In this document: one piece after another, positions 44,873-51,483 of the stretch
Layout: each line of letters opens with the position of its first letter
Numbering within the stretch: position 1 is the first letter of the stretch
From: Eubacteriales bacterium
GTDB taxonomy: Bacteria > Bacillota > Clostridia > Oscillospirales > CAG-272
Direction: 5' to 3'
DNA length: 64,000 nt
Assembly: GCA_045602325.1 (NCBI GenBank)
Contig: JAZSBH010000132.1
Span: 20,909 to 84,908, forward strand
Notes under the pieces: generated by a model
Databases searched by the model: none
What the model saw: only the letters and a program-made list of their open reading frames with translations
Told to the model about the DNA's origin: nothing
Translations under genes and position numbers: made by a program

Positions 44873-44885
44873 AAACGCTTTGAGA

Positions 44886-44928
44886 CAAAAAGAAAAACAA
44901 CCTAAACCGAATAATTCGATTTAGGTTG
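44886..44928 (-). terminator. intrinsic terminator of tRNA-Glu
   Basis: 14-bp stem (caacctaaaccgaa / ttcgatttaggttg, one mismatch). On the minus strand it is followed by a T-rich run. Confidence 0.7.
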
Positions 44929-44932
44929 TTAA

Positions 44933-45007
44933 TGGTGACCCGTACGGGAATCGAACCCATGTTTCCAGCGTGAGAGGCTAGCGTCTTAACCGCTTGACCA
45001 ACGGGCC
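44933..45007 (-). tRNA. tRNA-Glu (anticodon CUC), CCA encoded
   Basis: The reverse complement GGCCCGTTGGTCAAGCGGTTAAGACGCTAGCCTCTCACGCTGGAAACATGGGTTCGATTCCCGTACGGGTCACCA folds by hand into a cloverleaf. It has a 7-bp acceptor stem, anticodon loop CTCTCAC and T-loop GGTTCGATTCC. Confidence 0.9.
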
Positions 45008-45026
45008 GTGTCGCAACGACCTGCAT

Positions 45027-45055
45027 ATTATAGCACATCGAAATGGGTTTGTCAA
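45027..45055 (-). promoter_or_regulatory. consensus promoter of tRNA-Glu
   Basis: The minus strand reads TTGACA - 17 nt - TATAAT. Confidence 0.7.
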
Positions 45056-45117
45056 GCCTTTTTTGAAAAAAATTTAAAAACTTGTCTTGTCTCTCGCTCC
45101 CATGGGAAGTTAAACCG

Positions 45118-45146
45118 TTGACAAATGTGAGCAGGTGTGTTATAAT
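45118..45146 (+). promoter_or_regulatory. consensus promoter of the 727-aa orphan gene
   Basis: TTGACA - 17 nt - TATAAT exactly. It lies inside the ORF-track N-terminal extension, which argues for ATG 45199. Confidence 0.7.
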
Positions 45147-45198
45147 GGTACAAAAGATATATATGGAGTATCCTCATCTTTGGAAAGGAGTGTTTGTC

Positions 45199-47382
45199 AT
45201 GGAAGTAACGGGAAGAGCAGAATCCGTGAGTGCACACGACGCCTTCGGTATGCCTGAATCGGAACTTTTGAGACCCGAAATGGCCTTTTTGGCCGAGAAT
45301 CCCGAGGCTTTCGGGCTGGTTCCTGACGCCTGTCCGCTGACCACCAAGCACCTGCTGATCGCCGCCAATGGGCATGGTACCGAGGGCGGAGTCAATTCTC
45401 CGGCATATGAGCTGGAGTCCAAAGGGGTGGAAGGCTTGTTTACGTTATACGGTGATCTTCTGCCCCATACAGAGGAGGTAGCAGAGGCTTTGCAATCGGC
45501 TTTCGGTGAGAACAACAGTTTGAAAGAACATCCCGTTTCCCGCTACTGCGCCACGTTGGCTGAGGTGACGGCTCTGCATATTTTGCGTGGCGCGGCCTTT
45601 GACGCTTCTTTTGAGCAGACCCGTGTGATGTTGAACGATAGGATCCAACACAATTTGAGCGTTCTGAGAGAGGTTTTCTGCAGTGAGGAAGGTGAGCCTC
45701 TTTGGGCCAAGGAGTTCTTCACGGTTTCCCTGGGAATTTGCCGTATACGGGAAACAGGGGACGGGAACTATCTGGCAGATGTGTTTACTGCGGGCGATTT
45801 CCGACTTTACTTAATTGATGACAAGGGTATGGCTCCGCTCTGGGATCTGGCAACCCCTGTCTTTTCTCCATACGAAGGGGAGATGCTGACGGGGAAGCGC
45901 ATCAGCTTTTGCCATCCGGAGCCCTTCGCATTGCTTCTGGTTTCCGAAAGTATCTGTGCTCTCAACGCCGCGGAACACCGCAGTTTGCGAAGTAACCCCG
46001 GCTTGATCTGGCGCTACCGTATGCGCCTGGAAGATTATTTTTTGCGGCTTATTGCGGATTGCGTACGGGAACACGAGTTCGGCGAACGCGCTATGCGATT
46101 CTTCCTGGGACGCTCCCATGGACGTGACAGCGCGTCGGGGGCGATGACGGTTTTACGGGACGGCATCTCCTACGAGGTCTTCCGTTTGCAGTGCCAAAAT
46201 CGACTGATCGCGTTGGAAAATCTAATGGAGCTTCTCCCGGACGGTTACGACCCGCACAATGTCCCCAAACAAGAGAGCCGCACGAATATTGAGTTGACGT
46301 ATATTCACCGTTTGTTGGAGCATGATGCAGATTTGAACGATCGCATCGCCGACGCCTTGCGTCTGTGTGTACTGGACAAGCTGGAGCAGGGGATCTCTGC
46401 CGAAGCCACGGCACCCCCCGCAGATGTGCCGGATTATACCCGCTTGAAATGGGAAGAGATCAGCCGAACCTATCGTCGCTTTGACAGCGAAAACGACGAA
46501 GATCGTCTCCGCATTGAAAATAACGCCCGTATGCTCCGCGAAACGTTATCCGAGCATTGGATCACGCTCCGTCCGGTGCTGGCTGACACGAAGCACAGTC
46601 TTCCCCGCAACGTGCAGGCATATCGCGATGCCTGTGAACGCCAATACGGTTCTTGCCTGGAAATGAATAGCCGTTTGGCCGAACTGTTGGGTGACCGACG
46701 CAAAGCCGTGACCGAGCTGGGGCACATGCTTTCCGACAGCCTGGATATACTGGATGCGGAAGGGAACGACTGGATCTGTGGCCGTGCCGGAGCTGACAGA
46801 ACCGACGTTTGGGTGGACGCACTGATTCACCGTTTGCCTGCATTGCTGGCTTATCTGCGAACCGATTGGAAGAAAGATACCGAGCAATACCGGTCTCTCT
46901 TAACGGCCTACACCGCCGAACGGGAAGCTCTGTTCAGACGGGACACGCACCCTGAATATGGATGCTTCGCCTCGGATTGGCATGCCATCCGGGAGGGGCG
47001 TATGTCCGAGGGACGATGGGAGCTTTTGCACGAACGCTTATTGGATACGCCGGAAACTGCTTCTTTTTCGGATCTGTTTGAATCGTTACACCGCATATCC
47101 CGCGGAACGGGGGCGCTCCGAAACCGCATCCGTTCACGTGCCGCCGAAAGCCGTATGGCGCGCGAGCTGGCGGCTCGTGCCGATCTTCGGGTCGCCGCCC
47201 TCCGCGGTGCCGCTTACGAGGATCTCGATTGGGGTGACGGCGTGATCGCAGTTATGGACACCGCGACACGGAACGACTTTCGTGCCACGGTGCGGAGGTG
47301 GCAGGAACGCTGTGAGCTGGCCGAACGGCAAAAGCAGGCATATGAGGAGTACCGCACCATGTACGGCGCCTATGTCCAATAA
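45199..47382 (+). CDS. hypothetical 727-aa protein; N-terminal PP2C-phosphatase-like region, long Arg/Glu/Leu-rich helical C-terminus
   Basis: ATG 45199 is 8 nt after GGAAAGGAG. NYLADVFTAGDFRLYLIDDKGMAPLWDL and FALLLVSESICALN resemble PP2C strands (v-a-n-v-G-D-S-R-x-Y-l and l-l-L-c-S-D-G-l). I recognise nothing in the rest. Confidence 0.55.
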   Translation: MEVTGRAESVSAHDAFGMPESELLRPEMAFLAENPEAFGLVPDACPLTTKHLLIAANGHGTEGGVNSPAYELESKGVEGLFTLYGDLLPHTEEVAEALQSAFGENNSLKEHPVSRYCATLAEVTALHILRGAAFDASFEQTRVMLNDRIQHNLSVLREVFCSEEGEPLWAKEFFTVSLGICRIRETGDGNYLADVFTAGDFRLYLIDDKGMAPLWDLATPVFSPYEGEMLTGKRISFCHPEPFALLLVSESICALNAAEHRSLRSNPGLIWRYRMRLEDYFLRLIADCVREHEFGERAMRFFLGRSHGRDSASGAMTVLRDGISYEVFRLQCQNRLIALENLMELLPDGYDPHNVPKQESRTNIELTYIHRLLEHDADLNDRIADALRLCVLDKLEQGISAEATAPPADVPDYTRLKWEEISRTYRRFDSENDEDRLRIENNARMLRETLSEHWITLRPVLADTKHSLPRNVQAYRDACERQYGSCLEMNSRLAELLGDRRKAVTELGHMLSDSLDILDAEGNDWICGRAGADRTDVWVDALIHRLPALLAYLRTDWKKDTEQYRSLLTAYTAEREALFRRDTHPEYGCFASDWHAIREGRMSEGRWELLHERLLDTPETASFSDLFESLHRISRGTGALRNRIRSRAAESRMARELAARADLRVAALRGAAYEDLDWGDGVIAVMDTATRNDFRATVRRWQERCELAERQKQAYEEYRTMYGAYVQ

Positions 47383-47391
47383 AAAAAGGAA

Positions 47392-47427
47392 TTCCCACGG
47401 GTACGTATCGGGCGTCACCCGTGGGAA
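47392..47427 (+). terminator. hairpin terminator
   Basis: Perfect 11-bp stem ttcccacgggt / acccgtgggaa, but the T-run is weak. Confidence 0.45.
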
Positions 47428-47502
47428 GAACCATTTGATGACCTTTGAGGACATTCGGAATTCGGAAATTCAGGAATTTTCAAAAAAACTTTTCAAAAAC
47501 CC

Positions 47503-47531
47503 TTGACAAACCCATTGGGTTGTGGTATAAT
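47503..47531 (+). promoter_or_regulatory. promoter of the infC-rpmI-rplT operon
   Basis: TTGACA - 17 nt - TATAAT with TG extended -10. Confidence 0.7.
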
Positions 47532-47669
47532 ACCCGAGTAAATGAAGCGAAACCGCCCGGTTTCCACCCTGCCGTCCATGAACGAGCACGGGTCAATAGA
47601 TGTATCCGCTCAAAGAAATGGGTGGGTATCTGTGTGCCGGGGCTGTCGCTTCGGTACGATTTTTATTTT
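47532..47669 (+). ncRNA. probable L20-responsive leader with terminator/attenuator
   Basis: ~140-nt untranslated leader ending in a 10-bp hairpin (47634-47657, gtgccggggc / gcttcggtac) plus TTTTTATTTT, directly before the infC RBS. The position matches the Firmicute L20 leader. Confidence 0.45.
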
Positions 47670-47684
47670 AGGAGGTGTTTACCT

Positions 47685-48218
47685 ATCGCCACGAATGCTA
47701 AAGAAGCCCAAACGCTCCTGAACGAGGACATCAACCTCAAGGAGATCCGGGTCGTCACTGCCGACGGAGAGCCTCTCGGGATCATGAGTTCCAAGGAAGC
47801 CCTCAAGATCGCGTATGAGAAAGAATTGGATCTGGTCATGATCGCCCCCCAGGCCACACCCCCCGTGTGCAAGATCATGGACTACGGCAAGTTCTGCTTT
47901 GAGAAGCAGAAGCGAGAGAAGGAAGCCAAGAAGAAGCAGCAGACGGTTGAACTCAAAGAGATTCAGCTCTCCTGCCGTATCGACACCCACGACTACGAGA
48001 CCAAGATGAACCAGGCCAAGAAATTCCTGACCTCGGGCAACAAGGTTCGCGTTGTCATGAAGTTCCGCGGCCGCGAGATGAGCCACATGGCCATCGGTCG
48101 TGATCTCCTGGAGAAATTCCTGGAGGACGTCAAGGAGGTCGGCTCCTGCGACAAGAAGCCCGTGCTTGACGGTCGCTTCATGAGCATGGTGATCAATCCC
48201 CTCTCGAACAAGAAATAA
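47685..48218 (+). CDS. infC: translation initiation factor IF-3, non-AUG (ATC) start
   Basis: LNEDINLKEIRVV...PPVCKIMDYGKF...RFRGREM is unmistakable IF-3. The only start candidate at the right distance (7 nt) from GGAGGTG is ATC 47685. Confidence 0.9.
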   Translation: MATNAKEAQTLLNEDINLKEIRVVTADGEPLGIMSSKEALKIAYEKELDLVMIAPQATPPVCKIMDYGKFCFEKQKREKEAKKKQQTVELKEIQLSCRIDTHDYETKMNQAKKFLTSGNKVRVVMKFRGREMSHMAIGRDLLEKFLEDVKEVGSCDKKPVLDGRFMSMVINPLSNKK

Positions 48219-48431
48219 GCATCGTGTGCTGCAGACGTAAGAACCGCCTGCATCGATCGGTAATCCTATCGGTATGCGGGTCACACCCGCCGCACATCCC
48301 CGTTACCCCACTCTGTTCATGAATCCGCCTTGCGCGGTCTGCATGATATATGCGGCACAGCCGCAAAAAAGGGTGAGCCGTGCGAACCCCATTGCGCGGC
48401 CATCTAGTACAATGAAAGAAGGAAAAGAAAA

Positions 48432-48626
48432 ATGGGAAAGGTTAAGACACACAAGGCATCTGCCAAGAGATTTTCCGTGACCGGTACCGGTAAGGTGAAG
48501 ATCAACCACTGCCACCACCGCCACAACCTGGGTAAGAAACCCTCCAAGAGAAAGAGACATCTGCGCTCCAGCGCCATTCTGAGTGAGGCAATGACTGCCA
48601 ACATCAGAGCTATGATCCAGAAGTAA
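48432..48626 (+). CDS. rpmI: 50S ribosomal protein L35
   Basis: MGKVKTHKASAKRF..TGTGK.K, 64 aa. Confidence 0.95.
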   Translation: MGKVKTHKASAKRFSVTGTGKVKINHCHHRHNLGKKPSKRKRHLRSSAILSEAMTANIRAMIQK

Positions 48627-48657
48627 TCGACTGAAAGAGATTTAGGAGGAAAGAAAA

Positions 48658-49011
48658 ATGGCAAGAATTAAGGGCGCAATGATGACGCGCAAGAGAAGAA
48701 ATAAGGTTCTGAAGGCTGCTAAGGGTTACTGGGGCAGCAAGTCCAAGCATTTTAAGATGGCTAAGGAAGCCGTCATGAAGAGCGGCAACTACGCATTCGC
48801 CGGCCGTCGCATGAAGAAGCGCGACTTCCGCCGTCTGTGGATCACCCGTATCTCCGCCGGTTGCAAGGCTAACGGTATGAACTACTCCACCTTCATGAAC
48901 GGTCTGAAGAAGGCAGGCATCACCCTCAACCGCAAGATGCTGTCTGAGATCGCTATTTCCGACAAGGAAGCTTTCACCGCTCTCTGCGAGCAGGCTAAGG
49001 CTGCCCTGTAA
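48658..49011 (+). CDS. rplT: 50S ribosomal protein L20
   Basis: [29 protein letters not shown]...RRLWITRI. Confidence 0.95.
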   Translation: MARIKGAMMTRKRRNKVLKAAKGYWGSKSKHFKMAKEAVMKSGNYAFAGRRMKKRDFRRLWITRISAGCKANGMNYSTFMNGLKKAGITLNRKMLSEIAISDKEAFTALCEQAKAAL

Positions 49012-49022
49012 TGTGATCACAT

Positions 49023-49058
49023 AAAAACCCGATGGTCGTACGGCCACTCGGGTTTTTA
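49023..49058 (+). terminator. intrinsic terminator after rplT
   Basis: Stem aaaaacccgatgg / ccactcgggttttt (one bulge) followed by a T-run. Confidence 0.75.
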
Positions 49059-49164
49059 TCATTGAAAGCGGTCTTTGGGCTGGACCATAATTGGCCGAAA
49101 TTGACCCCTTTTGAAGGCTTTTCGACGGATTTTTACCCCATATTTCCCCCAACGGAGGTGTTGT

Positions 49165-50067
49165 ATGTCCGAAAAAATACGCTTTGATGGCGATGTCATT
49201 ACGTCCCGTCAAAACCGCCGCATCGTCGAGCTTGTGAAGCTGGACGATCGCCGCGCCCGTGAAAAGAGCCGCCTTTTTCGCTTTGACGGTGTCAAGCTTT
49301 TGTGCGAAGCCATCCGCCGTGGGGTGGAAGTGGATAGAGTGTTTCTGCGCGCAGGGACTGCCGGAAAGGTGGCTGAGCGTATGGCAGAACTGTACGGGTG
49401 TACCCTTGCACAGGTCGGTTGCCCCATCTTTGGTGTTGAGGACGGGCTTTTTGATAAAATTTCGCAAGAAAATGCCCCCGAAGGGGTGATAACTGTGGCA
49501 AAATATATTGACAAACGCCACAAAAATATTATAATATATAATAAAGATGAGTTTGAACTACGCCGCGAAGCGGCGGTGATCCTTCTTGAATCGGTGCGCG
49601 ACCCCCTCAACGTGGGCGCTATCATCCGCAGTGCCGCCGCGCTGGGTGTAGGTCACCTCATCCTCAGCGCTGATTGCGCCGACATCTATCATCCCCGCGC
49701 CGTCCGTGCAGCCATGGGTCCCCTGTTTTCCATGCCCATCACCCGGGTGGAGGATCTGGCGGGAACCATCCGCGCTCTCCGTGCCGACGGTCGTAAGGTC
49801 TACGCCGCTGCCCTGGACGATACGGCGATCCGCCTGGGCTCTCCCGAGCTGGTGGAGGAGCAGGGAAGCGCGATGCCCTGCGTGGCGCCTTGCGCGGCGC
49901 CCTGCGCGGCGCCCTGCGCGGTGATCGGTAACGAAGGCCACGGCCTCTCTGAAGCCGTTATCAGCGCTTGCGACCGTAGTATCTATATCCCTATGGAGGC
50001 CGGTACCGAATCCCTCAATGCGGGGGTCGCGGCCGCCCTCATCATGTGGGAGCTTTGTAAAAAGTAA
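49165..50067 (+). CDS. TrmH/SpoU-family RNA 2'-O-methyltransferase
   Basis: N-terminal substrate-binding domain (ITSRQNRRIVELVKL), and SpoU motifs DPLNVGAIIRSAAALG, IGNEGHGLS, ESLNAGVAAAL. ATG 49165 after GGAGGTG. Confidence 0.85.
   Translation: MSEKIRFDGDVITSRQNRRIVELVKLDDRRAREKSRLFRFDGVKLLCEAIRRGVEVDRVFLRAGTAGKVAERMAELYGCTLAQVGCPIFGVEDGLFDKISQENAPEGVITVAKYIDKRHKNIIIYNKDEFELRREAAVILLESVRDPLNVGAIIRSAAALGVGHLILSADCADIYHPRAVRAAMGPLFSMPITRVEDLAGTIRALRADGRKVYAAALDDTAIRLGSPELVEEQGSAMPCVAPCAAPCAAPCAVIGNEGHGLSEAVISACDRSIYIPMEAGTESLNAGVAAALIMWELCKK
49875..49922 (+). repeat. in-frame 12-bp tandem repeat x4 inside the methyltransferase gene
   Basis: gccctgcgtggc gccttgcgcggc gccctgcgcggc gccctgcgcggt encodes PCVA PCAA PCAA PCAV just before the IGNEGHG motif. 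Confidence 0.85.
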
Positions 50068-50090
50068 TCATCACCCGAAAGGAGCCGCCC

Positions 50091-51449
50091 ATGAAAGACA
50101 GACTGTTTGAGATCTGGTTCGCTCTGCGATGTGGGATCGCCAATAAGGAATTCCAGCCGTTGTTGGAAACCTACGGCACGCCTTACGATCTGTTCAATGC
50201 CGACGAGGCCGAGCTGGAAAAACTGCCTTGCTCGCAAACCCTCAAGAACCGTTTGGCAGATAAATCCCTGCGGGAAGCCACCCAAATCATGGAATACTGC
50301 AAGACAAACGGGGTCAGTCTTCTGTTCTGGCAGGACGAAAGCTATCCCGTCAGCCTCCGACCTCTCCGCGATCCTCCCGTCCTGCTTTACTATAAGGGCA
50401 AGCTCCCCGATCTCTCCCGCCGTTTGTGCATTAGTGTGGTCGGTACCCGCAGTATGAGCGAATACGGAAAACGAATGGCGTATAAAATAGGCTATGAGCT
50501 GGCGGCCGCCGGTACTGTGGTGATCTCGGGCATGGCTTTGGGAAATGACAGCGTAGCCGCCACAGGAGCCATCGCCGCAGGCGGTCAGACCGTGGCAGTG
50601 TTGGGCTGTGGGATTGATATCGTCTATCCCCGGGAGCACGACAGGCTCTTTGCGGAAATCCTCAAGCGCGGTGCAGTCATGACCGAATATCCCCCGACCA
50701 CGCCCCCCGAAGGGCGGAATTTCCCCGTCCGCAACCGTCTCATCAGCGGACTTTCCCAAGGAACTGTAGTGGTGGAGGGTGATCTCCGCTCGGGTTCCAT
50801 GATCACCGCTAAAACCGCCATTCTCCAAGGACGTGATATTTACGCCTTTCCCGGCAACGTAGGCGAGACTAACTCCGCGGGAACCAACCAACTCATCAGC
50901 GACGGCGCTGCCATCGTGCTGAAGGCACGGGACGTGCTGGAGAATTACACCTTTCTGTACCGCGATGCATTGGATATGGTACGGCTGCTCAAGGCCGAGA
51001 CCCGATCCGAACCCGATGAAGATCTCTTGGCACGGCTGGAGGTCAGTGTCCGTACCGTCCCCACACGTAAATCCGAAGCCACGGCGGATCATCAGGCCGT
51101 GTCCCCATCATCGGCGCAGGGAAGACCTCGCGGCCCGCGCGGTGGTTCTCCCGTGAACCGTCCGCAATCCTCCGACTCCCGTAAAACGACTCCCGAAAGG
51201 AGCACGTCCCCCGCCAAAGACCCCGCTCCCTCGGTGCCTGCCCACGGCGACGCATCCGAGCGCATCCTGAAGAAACTGACCGATACCCAAAGACGGATCT
51301 TTGAAACTCTCCCTCTGGATCACGCCGTTCCCATCGACGCCATCACTCGCGAGGGCTTCTCGGTGGGCGAGGTCATGGCCGCTATGACCATTTTGGAGAT
51401 CCACGGCTTGACGGTCACTCTGCCCGGCGGGCTTTACGCAAGAAAATAA
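50091..51449 (+). CDS. dprA: DNA-processing protein DprA (with long Pro/Ser/Arg-rich linker)
   Basis: VVGTRSMSEYG, GMALGNDSVA, VLGCGIDIVYPREH, SGLSQGTVVVEG are Rossmann-like DprA motifs. C-terminal winged-helix segment; ~90-aa low-complexity insert. Confidence 0.9.
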   Translation: MKDRLFEIWFALRCGIANKEFQPLLETYGTPYDLFNADEAELEKLPCSQTLKNRLADKSLREATQIMEYCKTNGVSLLFWQDESYPVSLRPLRDPPVLLYYKGKLPDLSRRLCISVVGTRSMSEYGKRMAYKIGYELAAAGTVVISGMALGNDSVAATGAIAAGGQTVAVLGCGIDIVYPREHDRLFAEILKRGAVMTEYPPTTPPEGRNFPVRNRLISGLSQGTVVVEGDLRSGSMITAKTAILQGRDIYAFPGNVGETNSAGTNQLISDGAAIVLKARDVLENYTFLYRDALDMVRLLKAETRSEPDEDLLARLEVSVRTVPTRKSEATADHQAVSPSSAQGRPRGPRGGSPVNRPQSSDSRKTTPERSTSPAKDPAPSVPAHGDASERILKKLTDTQRRIFETLPLDHAVPIDAITREGFSVGEVMAAMTILEIHGLTVTLPGGLYARK

Positions 51450-51483
51450 TCGAAAGAAATCAATCGAAAGGAATATAGATCCC

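Larger units (their letters stand above)
38959..44885 (+). mobile_element. integrative (possibly mobilizable) element core: sigma-like, XRE x2, HUH Rep-like, large serine recombinase
   Basis: Gene content as listed. The recombinase stop (44872) lies a few nt from the tRNA-Glu terminator, so the right end is flush with the core genome. The left limit is uncertain and could be any junction repeat or ~18.06 kb. Confidence 0.6.

Noticed and set aside
48219-48431. Unusually long (213 nt) spacer with small hairpins between infC and rpmI, considered as a second regulatory RNA
   Set aside because: It contains only short 5-6-bp stems, no terminator and no recognisable motif. The evidence is insufficient to call a feature.
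47679-51092. Minus-strand ORFs 47679-48284, 48610-49521 and 49983-51092
   Set aside because: They lie antisense to infC, rplT/trmH and dprA. They are shadow ORFs.
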